A DNA stretch of 32,000 nt from Desulfocapsa sulfexigens DSM 10523 (GCF_000341395.1 NC_020304.1:630001-662000), one strand, 5' to 3'. Positions 18,482 through 26,626 are shown, counted from the stretch's first letter. Notes: generated from the sequence alone by a model not told the origin. Made by a program: numbers and translations.

Positions 18482-19119
18482 CAATAAAAATCATTGTGGT
18501 CGACGACCACAAAATAGTCCGAGACGGACTCTGTTCACTTATTGAAGGACTTTCCGGATACACTATAGTAGGCAGAGCAGAAAATGGAAGACAGGCCATC
18601 GAGGTAGCACGCCGGGAAAAACCCGATATCGTCATTATGGATGTGAGCATGCCCGAGATGAACGGCATCGATGCAACAAGTTCTATCATGGAGGAAAGAC
18701 CTTCCTGTAAAATCATTGTCCTCTCCATGCACTCTGACAAACGCTTTATTACCGGTGCTCTCCAGGCCGGAGCTTCTGGATTTCTTCTTAAGGAATGTGC
18801 ATTCCAGGAACTCAACCAGGCACTGGATGCCGTCCGCAGCGGACAAACCTACCTTAGTCCTAAAATTGCTGGTACTGTTGTCCACGATTACCGAAGGCGA
18901 CTGCTCTCTGAAGATAAAGAGAAAGCCCTCACCACAAAAGAACGTGAAGTACTGCAGCTCATAGCTGAAGGACGATCAACCAAAGAAATAGCCGACCGTC
19001 TCTTTGTCAGTATCAAGGCTATTGAAGGAAGACGAAGACGGCTCATGGAAAAACTGCAGATCACGACAATGGCAGGTCTTGTCAAATATGCCATTCGTGA
19101 AGGGCTCACTGAACTCTAA
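18478..19119 (+). CDS. Response regulator, NarL/FixJ (LuxR-type HTH) family
   Basis: 213 aa. The REC domain has VVDDH and DIVIMDVSMPEMNG. The C-terminal LuxR HTH reads LTTKEREVLQLIAEGRSTKEIADRLFVSIKAIEGRRRRLMEKL. The start overlaps the kinase stop by 4 nt (ATGA). Confidence 0.95.
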   Translation: MTIKIIVVDDHKIVRDGLCSLIEGLSGYTIVGRAENGRQAIEVARREKPDIVIMDVSMPEMNGIDATSSIMEERPSCKIIVLSMHSDKRFITGALQAGASGFLLKECAFQELNQALDAVRSGQTYLSPKIAGTVVHDYRRRLLSEDKEKALTTKEREVLQLIAEGRSTKEIADRLFVSIKAIEGRRRRLMEKLQITTMAGLVKYAIREGLTEL

Positions 19120-19427
19120 TCCCAGGAATTTTTTTCACGGAGTTACAGAGCTAAAAGCCTTTATTTCCCATCTCTCTCACCACCGTCTCTATCAATCCCC
19201 TCCATTCTCCTCCTTTTGGCAAGGGCTCCCCTACCAGTTACTCTCCCCTTCCTGCATTATCTTTTTAACATTCCGCTTAAATGCACAATAAGGTTTTTCG
19301 AAGCCTCAATGTAGGGAAACCCCTCTTTCCAACCATCCTACAGAGTGATACCATCGGACAATTGTAATAAAACCGCTGTTTCATATCGTAACCCTCTAAT
19401 TAAAGAGAGAATCAGAGCTGAAGAGTA

Positions 19428-20348
19428 ATGCAGACAATATTTTTCATCCTCTTATTTTTCCTTACAGGGAACACAGCAGTGCTGGCAGAGTCTCTACAGC
19501 CAAAGGAACCTCTCTTTATAAATCCGAATGTGACGACTGAAACCAATATTCATTTCGATAGTAATTACTGTACCGAATGTCACCTGCAGAAACCATCCAA
19601 GGGGGACTCCGTACAGCTGAGATTCGACAACTATACCACGGCCTGCAGATGTCATGGGTACACTCCTGACACATACACCCATCCTGTGGACATAGTGCTT
19701 TCTGCAGAAAAAAAGGCCACTATTCCGGCAGAATTCCCTCTTACAAATGACAAAATCACCTGCGACACCTGCCATAACATGGCACTGCAATGTGAACCAA
19801 AGTACGAGTTGCGACTTCACAACAAGGCATTTTTACGAACAAACTCCTCCCTGGGCCGAACATTTCTCTGCTTTCAGTGCCATGAGGAAGAGCAATACAA
19901 AATGTTTGACCCCCACAAACAACTGGATGCGTCAGGGGCTATAAATGAAGAATCGTGCCTTTACTGTCATGCAAGCAAACCAGATGAACAGCAGGCAACT
20001 TTCAATTCACAGAACAACGGAGAAGACAGCATCCATCTTGTCGGCAACCTGGAGATACTTTGTCTGCGTTGCCACAACGACAAGGCCGGCAACCACCCCC
20101 TGAATAGAAATCATCTGGTCAAACCATCAGAAAAAATCATTTCACGAATGCACTGGTCGGAAAGAAATCTCTGGATCGTGCTGCCCCTGAACAACGAGGG
20201 AAAAATCACCTGTATCACCTGCCACAACCCACACGAACACGGAGTCATTCCCACAGACAAGGCAGCATCTGCCGGAGCAAGCGAAAAAGGCAGACTGAGA
20301 AAGGCATGGGGAGGAGGAAGTATTTGTGTGGTATGTCACAACATCTAA
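19428..20348 (+). CDS. Periplasmic multihaem c-type cytochrome with 7 CXXCH motifs and one degenerate ACRCH site
   Basis: 306 aa with a signal peptide ending AVLA-ES. The CXXCH motifs are CTECH, CDTCH, CFQCH, CLYCH, CLRCH, CITCH and CVVCH. ACRCH lies at nt 19641-19655. The HPVDI and NHPL distal-ligand-like motifs are shared with the 18-haem paralogue. Confidence 0.9.
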   Translation: MQTIFFILLFFLTGNTAVLAESLQPKEPLFINPNVTTETNIHFDSNYCTECHLQKPSKGDSVQLRFDNYTTACRCHGYTPDTYTHPVDIVLSAEKKATIPAEFPLTNDKITCDTCHNMALQCEPKYELRLHNKAFLRTNSSLGRTFLCFQCHEEEQYKMFDPHKQLDASGAINEESCLYCHASKPDEQQATFNSQNNGEDSIHLVGNLEILCLRCHNDKAGNHPLNRNHLVKPSEKIISRMHWSERNLWIVLPLNNEGKITCITCHNPHEHGVIPTDKAASAGASEKGRLRKAWGGGSICVVCHNI

Positions 20349-20361
20349 CAAAGGAGAGAAG

Positions 20362-21426
20362 ATGAGATTGAAGTCACGTTCCCGGCCACTTTGGCCCCTT
20401 AGTATCCTCACACTGCTTGTTATTTACTTCCTGCCCGCAGGCGCGCAGGGATCAGATGTCGGTAACTGCCTGCTCTGTCATAAATACCCGGGACTAAGCA
20501 GGGTTGATGAAAATGCAGAAATGCGGCTTCTCTATGTAAATGAAGAAATTTTCAACCAAAGTGTCCACGCAAAGGTAAAATGTGAGGGATGCCACACTGA
20601 TATCACCAAGATCCCCCATGAACCGGTCAAACCTGTGGACTGTCTGGTACTCTGTCATATCATTGAACCGGCAGAGGAGCAGAAGTTTTCTCACAAGAGT
20701 GTTGAAAAATTCCTGGCCGACAGTGTTCACGGCAAGATGGACGAACATGGCAAAGAAAAGCCTTTCAGTGAAGACATGCCGACCTGTAAGGACTGCCATG
20801 ATAATCCGATGTTCAGACCCCTTGCATTTGTCAAAAAGGTGAGACCCGGTATTGCTGAAGATGCCCTGGGACGCTGCCGAGTCTGTCACAAAAAAGAAGA
20901 ATTCATCTACAGATTTTACAATCACGTCACCACCAGGCTGCACAAGAGCAGAAGTCCGCTCAATATTGCAGAGTCCTGTGCCAGATGCCACGATGACCCG
21001 GAACTGGTGGCCCGACACAACCTCTCCACCATGGCCAGAGGTTCCTATGGGCAGACTTTTCACGGCAAGGCGGCCAACCTCCTGGACGAATCGGTTCCAG
21101 ACTGCCTGGACTGCCACGTACCCAAGGGACAATCCGTACACCAGATGCACGGCAATGATGACATTCGTGCCACCACCCATCCGGAGAACAGAGGACAAAT
21201 TTGTGGATCCGTGGACTGTCACCCAGGTGCCTCCCAACAGTTTGCAAATTATCAGGTCCATGCGGAATTTAACAAGGAACAGAGCCCGGTGATCTACTGG
21301 TTCACCACCTTCTTCATCATTCTCACCGGTGCTACCCTGCTTCCTTTGATGGGAATACTGTTTCTTGATCTGCTTCGCCGCCTGTTTCCCAATGCATCTT
21401 TTAGACGGAGGAAAGAGAAACCATGA
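20362..21426 (+). CDS. Membrane-anchored multihaem c-type cytochrome (6 CXXCH plus CX3CH and CX4CH, C-terminal TM helix). CbcA-like by architecture.
   Basis: I trimmed the track ORF to the ATG at 20362, which follows AAGGAGAG. The signal peptide is MRLKSRSRPLWPLSILTLLVIYFLPAGAQG. The motifs are CLLCH, CEGCH, CKDCH, CRVCH, CARCH and CLDCH, plus CLVLCH (20641-20658) and CGSVDCH (21202-21222). The C-terminal hydrophobic helix is VIYWFTTFFIILTGATLLPLMGILFLDLL, followed by RRLF...RRRKEK. Confidence 0.9.
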   Translation: MRLKSRSRPLWPLSILTLLVIYFLPAGAQGSDVGNCLLCHKYPGLSRVDENAEMRLLYVNEEIFNQSVHAKVKCEGCHTDITKIPHEPVKPVDCLVLCHIIEPAEEQKFSHKSVEKFLADSVHGKMDEHGKEKPFSEDMPTCKDCHDNPMFRPLAFVKKVRPGIAEDALGRCRVCHKKEEFIYRFYNHVTTRLHKSRSPLNIAESCARCHDDPELVARHNLSTMARGSYGQTFHGKAANLLDESVPDCLDCHVPKGQSVHQMHGNDDIRATTHPENRGQICGSVDCHPGASQQFANYQVHAEFNKEQSPVIYWFTTFFIILTGATLLPLMGILFLDLLRRLFPNASFRRRKEKP

Positions 21427-22325
21427 AAAAATATCCAGCAATAAAGTTCAAGGACGGAAAAAAATACTTTTTCCGATTTGATCTGGACACAAGAATCCAG
21501 CATATCATCCTGGCGGCAACAGTCATTATACTGGTTCTGACAGGGATGCCTCTCAAGTTCAGTGATAGTAGCTGGGCTCCTTATCTCTACTCTTTTTTCG
21601 GTGGAAGCAAGATGGCTCCGGTAATACACAAATGGACCGGTGCCATCATGCTTCTCCTCTTTGTTTACCATGTTGTGCGAGTAGTAGGCGGCATCATAAC
21701 GAATCATATCATGCCCCTTAAAAGAGAAGGGAAAATGAGTATAGGCAGGGTCACCATGGTACTGGTCAGACTCCCCATGATTCCAAACCTGAAAGATCTG
21801 AAAGATATCATAGGACTGATGAAATACCTGCTCTATTTCACCAATGAGCACCCGCATGGCGATGAATGGACCTGGAAGGAAAAGTTTGATTACTGGGCAC
21901 CATTCTGGGGTATGTTTGTCATCGGTATCACCGGCCTCATCATCTGGAACAAGGTACTGGCAACCCAGGTCATACCAGGTGAATTTATCAACCTCTGCCT
22001 GATAGCTCACAGTGACGAGGCATTACTGGCGGCACTCTTTCTCTTTATCTGGCACTGGTATAACGTCCATTTTTCCACTTCTGTCTTCCCGATGGGTACA
22101 GTCTTTCTCACCGGTTATCTTCCTGAAGAGCTGATGGTTGAAGAACACTACGAGCATTACGTAAGAGTGATGACCAGGGAAGGATTGGAATCTGAGATCA
22201 AACCGCCCCACGGTGGCGGCAATAATCCGACAATCTGCGGGGAACCACAGGATGTCACCTCGGATACTCCACCAACCACCGCACCAGCCAATGATCCCAT
22301 GCAGCAGGGAGGAGTCAACTCATGA
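21423..22325 (+). CDS. Integral-membrane b-type cytochrome (FdnI/HydC/PhsC-like cytochrome b561 fold). Candidate quinol-interacting subunit.
   Basis: 300 aa with at least four TM helices: IQHIILAATVIILVLTGMPL, HKWTGAIMLLLFVYHVV, YWAPFWGMFVIGITGLIIW and CLIAHSDEALLAALFLFIWHWYNVHF. Histidines sit in TM1, TM2 and TM4 (two in TM4), as expected for two b haems. There are ATGA overlaps with both neighbouring genes. Confidence 0.75.
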   Translation: MKKYPAIKFKDGKKYFFRFDLDTRIQHIILAATVIILVLTGMPLKFSDSSWAPYLYSFFGGSKMAPVIHKWTGAIMLLLFVYHVVRVVGGIITNHIMPLKREGKMSIGRVTMVLVRLPMIPNLKDLKDIIGLMKYLLYFTNEHPHGDEWTWKEKFDYWAPFWGMFVIGITGLIIWNKVLATQVIPGEFINLCLIAHSDEALLAALFLFIWHWYNVHFSTSVFPMGTVFLTGYLPEELMVEEHYEHYVRVMTREGLESEIKPPHGGGNNPTICGEPQDVTSDTPPTTAPANDPMQQGGVNS

Positions 22326-23242
22326 AATGCTTTTTTACCAAGCTCTATGTTCTTGCTTTTATGGGACTGGTCGCCTTTTTCGGTGTGCTCATCTGGAATT
22401 TGACATTTGCCCATCTTATCCATGAATACCATGCAAGACAAGGAGATGTAACAATTACTCCCAGCGGAGAGAATGACAAAAAAGATGTCGGGAATCAAAC
22501 ATTTGACAAGATGATTCTTGAAAGTGAGGATCGGGTCAAACACTATCTCGGCTACCGGGTACTGGAAGAGCAGAGAATAGAAGGACATTTTCACCATATC
22601 GGCTTCGATGTCGGACCCGACAACAGATCCTACTGCAGATCCTGCCATGGCGACATGCCTCACGACTCAGTCAAAGATATTCGGGCATTTTTGAATATGC
22701 ATGCCTTTTTTGTGGCCTGCCAGACCTGCCATGTCAAGCTGACTGATGATGAAAGAACAAACGTCTACAAATGGTATGACCGAAAAACCGGAGAAATTGT
22801 TGAAAGCCCGGTCAATGGAGCTCCACCGGGGACCTACAATGCAAAAATTGTCCCCTTCATTCGTGAAGACGGCAAACTTGTCCGCATCGACAGCGAGGAA
22901 AAAATCCAGTTCGCCACTGACTACAAGACAAATGAAAAGGCGTTGAGCGAAGGCCAGAAATCCAAGGCAAAGAAGATTATCCACCAGATTATCAGCAAGC
23001 TGCCTGTAAGCTGTGAAGAGTGCCACACCAAGAACAATCCTACTCTTCCCCTTGCCGATCTTGGCTACCCCAAGGCCCGGATCGATTCCATCACCAGTAC
23101 AGAGGTGGTGGGAATGATAAAGAACTATACGGAGTTCCATATGCCAAAGATGTTAAACCCAGGCGAAGTATCGCCTGCTGCGCCACAACAGACCGAACTG
23201 CAGCCGCAACAGATGGCGGAACCACAACCAACACAGCATTGA
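22322..23242 (+). CDS. N-terminally membrane-anchored trihaem c-type cytochrome
   Basis: 306 aa. The N-terminal TM is LYVLAFMGLVAFFGVLIWNLTF, with no obvious cleavage site. It has three CXXCH motifs (CRSCH, CQTCH, CEECH) and a Pro/Gln-rich C-terminal tail, PAAPQQTELQPQQMAEPQPTQH. Confidence 0.85.
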   Translation: MKCFFTKLYVLAFMGLVAFFGVLIWNLTFAHLIHEYHARQGDVTITPSGENDKKDVGNQTFDKMILESEDRVKHYLGYRVLEEQRIEGHFHHIGFDVGPDNRSYCRSCHGDMPHDSVKDIRAFLNMHAFFVACQTCHVKLTDDERTNVYKWYDRKTGEIVESPVNGAPPGTYNAKIVPFIREDGKLVRIDSEEKIQFATDYKTNEKALSEGQKSKAKKIIHQIISKLPVSCEECHTKNNPTLPLADLGYPKARIDSITSTEVVGMIKNYTEFHMPKMLNPGEVSPAAPQQTELQPQQMAEPQPTQH

Positions 23243-23254
23243 GAATGCGACCAA

Positions 23255-24217
23255 GTGAACAGATATACCTCACCTGAGTGGTATAAAAGAAGAAGGAGAA
23301 TAGTCACCATTTCTATTCTCCTTTTGCTTACGGCCTGGACATCCGCCGCCCATGCACTGGAGCTGACCATGGCAACACACCTCTTTGATATAGAGGAGGA
23401 ATTCAACCAGCCAAGTGATGTAGCCGTTGCCAGGAACGGTACCATCTATGTGGTTGATGGGGTGAATGGCAAAATCAAGGCATTTTCACCTTCCGGAAAA
23501 CCACTCTTCACTATCGGTCGACCAGGAACCGATCCCGGCGAATTTGCCTTTCCCCTTGGTATTGGACTGGACGAATCTGGCAGAGTCTATGTTGCCGACT
23601 CCAGAAATAGCCGGATCCAGATATTTTCTGCCACAGGCGATTTCATCTCTGAAATTCCGGTTCCAGCCCTGAACGGAGAAAAATCCGACCCAACCGATGT
23701 GGTCGCGGACAGTTCCGGAAAATGGTGTTTTGTGGCAGACAACAATAATCATCGGATTCTCCAATTCGATATTGCCACAAAAAAGCTCATCAACAGCTAT
23801 GGAAAACCCGGGGCTGAAAAATGGGAATTCCGCTATCCCTTTCTCATGCACCTCCATCGGGATAAAGACCTGTACATTGTTGATGTCATCAATACCAGAG
23901 TACAGGTTCTGAATACAGAGGGGAAGTTCGTCACCTTTGTCGGGGGCTGGGGTGTTGAAAAGGGCCATTTTTTCAGACCAAAAGGGATTACTGTGGATAA
24001 AAATGGACTCTCCTATGTCAGTGACAGCTATATGGGAGTAGTTCAACTCTTCAATATTACCGGCACCTTTCATTCAGTCCTTGGTGACCCGACAACGGGT
24101 AAGGTGAAGAAGTTCGTAACACCTGTTGGGCTCTTTATTGACGATGCCATGCACCTCTATGTTGTGGAGATGCTTCCAGGCCGGATCAGTGTTTTCAGCC
24201 TGGAAAATATGCCATGA
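23255..24217 (+). CDS. NHL-repeat beta-propeller protein, secreted/periplasmic (NHL-1)
   Basis: 320 aa from a GTG start with no clear RBS, so the start is uncertain. The signal-like N-terminus is KRRRRIVTISILLLLTAWTSAAHA. NHL blades recur: PSDVAVARNGTIYVVDGVNGKIKAF, PLGIGLDESGRVYVADSRNSRIQIF, PTDVVADSSGKWCFVADNNNHRILQF, LYIVDVINTRVQVL, PKGITVDKNGLSYVSDSYMGVVQLF and PVGLFIDDAMHLYVVEMLPGRISVF. Confidence 0.85.
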   Translation: MNRYTSPEWYKRRRRIVTISILLLLTAWTSAAHALELTMATHLFDIEEEFNQPSDVAVARNGTIYVVDGVNGKIKAFSPSGKPLFTIGRPGTDPGEFAFPLGIGLDESGRVYVADSRNSRIQIFSATGDFISEIPVPALNGEKSDPTDVVADSSGKWCFVADNNNHRILQFDIATKKLINSYGKPGAEKWEFRYPFLMHLHRDKDLYIVDVINTRVQVLNTEGKFVTFVGGWGVEKGHFFRPKGITVDKNGLSYVSDSYMGVVQLFNITGTFHSVLGDPTTGKVKKFVTPVGLFIDDAMHLYVVEMLPGRISVFSLENMP

Positions 24218-26436
24218 TCAGATCCCGTGCCTGCATCCTGATCCTGCTTTTCAGCAGCATGCTTTTTTACTCTCTCCCATGCCTTGCCAATCAGGCACCT
24301 CGCAACCCGAATTCGGCCAAGGAATGTGCGATCTGTCACTATCGATGGATAGATACTTTTTTTATTGATGGCAGGGGCACTGACCTTGTGCCCTATCAGG
24401 AGACTAAGGTGGTCGCAGAGCCCGAAATCTGTTTTTCCTGCCATGACGGCAGTGTGGCAGACTCAAGGGGAAAGGTGTACAACGACCATCGCCACCCCAT
24501 CAACAAACCACCACCACCAGGGATGGAAATCCCAGCCATCTTTCCCCTGGATGAGCATGGAAACATGCAGTGCTTTACCTGCCACACTGCCCATGGAGTG
24601 TCCAGTGAAATGGGGATTGAACGGGCAGTTTTTGTCCGCACATCCAACGATAATTCTTCCATGTGCATGATGTGTCACAAGGGCAAGGATGGTGGGCCTG
24701 CCATGGGCAACCATCCCATTGGCACAACAGAACGACCAATACCTGACAACCTTCTCAATCTCGGGAGTATCGAAGGGTCTGTCACGAATCAGATCATCTG
24801 CCAGACCTGCCACAATGTTCATGGCTCACCCTTTGACAATTTTCTCGTTGAAAACAACAGAGATTCAGGCCAGCTCTGTCTGGACTGCCACCAGGAAAAG
24901 GGCGGTCTGCTAAACAGCGGGCATGATTTACGGCGCACGGCAGCGGAGGCCAAGAACAGCAAGGGACAGCCCCCGGTACAGTCAGGGATATGCGGTGCCT
25001 GTCATCTGGTGCATGGAGCAGAAAAGACAGTACTCTGGGCCCGACCACTTCCTGCTAAGAGTAAAAACAGAACCCAGGATCTGTGCACTAGCTGTCACAG
25101 CAAAACAGGGCTGGCCTCTGAAAAACTCATCAAGGGATATTCTCATCCCGTTAACATTTCTCTTCGGGACAAGGGGATGCGACCTGACCTGCCTGCCTTT
25201 GATCTCACTGGCCGGCGCGTTCAGCAAGAGGCTAAGGACGCACTGCTCACCTGCCCCACCTGCCACGATCCACACCAGGCAGGAACTGCCAGGCAGGCCA
25301 CAATGACCCCGCCCCGTTCAAGTTTTCTTCGGGTAAAGGATGGAAAAGCTGAAAGCCTGTGTAAGCAGTGCCACAGCAAACAGGCATCTGTTGTGGGAAG
25401 CGATCATGACCTGCGAAAGACAGGTGCCACAACAAAAAATACTCAGGGGCAACTGCCTGGCGAGTCAGGACCATGCGGCGTCTGTCATCTTGTTCACGGA
25501 GCACAGACAAAAAACTTATGGGCTCGCAAGGTCTCGAGCAAAAGTGCCTATCCGGCACAGGATCTCTGTCTGACCTGTCACAACAGCAAGGGTGTCGCCA
25601 ATACAAAAGTCATCGCTGACCACTCCCATCCCGTTGACATCAATCCTGAAAAACGAAACATCAGTACTACTCTGCCGCTTTACGACAGTCATGGAGAAAG
25701 AAAATCCAATGGCGTTATAGCCTGTCTGACCTGCCATAATCCACACCAATGGCATCCTAGAAAGCCGACCTCCCACGGAAACAATCATGTTGAGGGAAAC
25801 GCAAAAAACAGCTTTCTCCGTCTTGCCGCCGCACCAGAACCTGCACTGTGCAGCAATTGTCACCCTGAAAAAGCGTATGTGGAAAAGAGTGACCACGACC
25901 TCAACATCACAGCACCCACTGCAACAAATACCATGGGGCAGATCCCGGAAGAATCCGGGGTCTGCGGTGTCTGTCACATCATCCATAATGGAAAAAACAC
26001 GGTACGACTCTGGGCTCGTAACTATGGAGCAGGTAAAGGCATTATGGATAGAATGTGCAACAGTTGTCATACAGATGGGGGATCCGGCAGTAACAAGGTA
26101 CCTGTGGTTTCCACCCATCCGGAAAAACAACTCATCGCTAATCCGGGAAGAAATATCAAAGGAAAGGCAAATTATTTTCCACTTTTTGACGACGAAACGG
26201 CATCACCTATTACCATCGGCGATATTTCCTGTGCCTCATGCCATGATGTGCACCAATGGGATCCCAAAAAGAAACAAAAGGGGAATGGGGAAAATCCTGA
26301 GGGGAAAGCTACCAATAGTTTTTTACGCATGCAGACCTACAACATGATCTGCAAAGACTGTCATGGACTTGATTCCCTGTACCGATTCAAATATTACCAT
26401 GACAGTAAGAAAAGAACACCCATTTCCACCCCATAA
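24214..26436 (+). CDS. Large periplasmic or extracellular multihaem c-type cytochrome with 18 CXXCH motifs
   Basis: 740 aa with the signal peptide MIRSRACILILLFSSMLFYSLPCLA. The 18 motifs start at residues 38, 73, 120, 151, 196, 222, 260, 291, 347, 383, 421, 452, 504, 546, 584, 615, 673 and 713. The start overlaps the NHL-1 stop (ATGA). Confidence 0.95.
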   Translation: MIRSRACILILLFSSMLFYSLPCLANQAPRNPNSAKECAICHYRWIDTFFIDGRGTDLVPYQETKVVAEPEICFSCHDGSVADSRGKVYNDHRHPINKPPPPGMEIPAIFPLDEHGNMQCFTCHTAHGVSSEMGIERAVFVRTSNDNSSMCMMCHKGKDGGPAMGNHPIGTTERPIPDNLLNLGSIEGSVTNQIICQTCHNVHGSPFDNFLVENNRDSGQLCLDCHQEKGGLLNSGHDLRRTAAEAKNSKGQPPVQSGICGACHLVHGAEKTVLWARPLPAKSKNRTQDLCTSCHSKTGLASEKLIKGYSHPVNISLRDKGMRPDLPAFDLTGRRVQQEAKDALLTCPTCHDPHQAGTARQATMTPPRSSFLRVKDGKAESLCKQCHSKQASVVGSDHDLRKTGATTKNTQGQLPGESGPCGVCHLVHGAQTKNLWARKVSSKSAYPAQDLCLTCHNSKGVANTKVIADHSHPVDINPEKRNISTTLPLYDSHGERKSNGVIACLTCHNPHQWHPRKPTSHGNNHVEGNAKNSFLRLAAAPEPALCSNCHPEKAYVEKSDHDLNITAPTATNTMGQIPEESGVCGVCHIIHNGKNTVRLWARNYGAGKGIMDRMCNSCHTDGGSGSNKVPVVSTHPEKQLIANPGRNIKGKANYFPLFDDETASPITIGDISCASCHDVHQWDPKKKQKGNGENPEGKATNSFLRMQTYNMICKDCHGLDSLYRFKYYHDSKKRTPISTP
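24877..26349 (+). repeat. Three tandem intragenic repeats, each about 160 aa and four haems, inside the 18-haem cytochrome
   Basis: The units are aa 222-382, 383-545 and 546-712 (nt 24877-25359, 25360-25848, 25849-26349). Each follows the pattern C..CH-(x)-S.HDL-(x)-G(Q)(x)P.(E)SG.CG.CH..H(x)...LWAR-(x)-C..CH-(x)-(S/T)HP-(x)-C..CH(D/N)(P/V)HQ-(x)-NSFLR (SSFLR in unit 1). The repeats are conserved at protein level and diverged at DNA level. Confidence 0.85.
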
Positions 26437-26600
26437 AAAAGATAGGAATTGTTCACAAATAAAATCTTACAAGCTGTAATCCATTGCCAAGAAAAGGAAT
26501 AATAAGTACCACACCAGCCCTAACCGACAAACACCGAAACCATCGCAATGTCAGGCAGGACGGGCAATCCAGTCAATTTAAAGAGGGATTTGGAACGTAA

Positions 26601-26626
26601 AAAAGAGGGGAACCCCTCTTTTTTCT
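26601..26626 (+). terminator. Rho-independent terminator ending the first cytochrome transcription unit
   Basis: The sequence AAAAGAGGGG-AA-CCCCTCTTTTTT has a GC-rich stem (GAGGGG/CCCCTC) followed by a T-run. It lies about 165 nt after the 18-haem stop codon. An A-tract upstream makes it look symmetric, so it may act in both directions. Confidence 0.8.

Noticed and set aside
19217-19232. A TGGCA motif resembling a sigma54 -24 element upstream of the cytochrome operon
   Set aside because: The position 10 nt downstream of the GG is CC, not the GC of a TTGC -12 element, so it does not fit the GG-N10-GC spacing.
20494-21441. A 315-aa ORF on the minus strand, the longest antisense ORF in the window
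   Set aside because: It lies entirely antisense to the plus-strand cytochrome gene, whose reading frame carries six in-frame CXXCH motifs, a signal peptide and a TM anchor. The antisense product has no recognisable motif or RBS. It is a shadow ORF.
21294-22010. A 238-aa minus-strand ORF antisense to the b-type cytochrome gene
   Set aside because: The plus-strand frame gives a coherent four-TM, multi-His membrane protein translationally coupled to both neighbours. The antisense ORF shows no family features.
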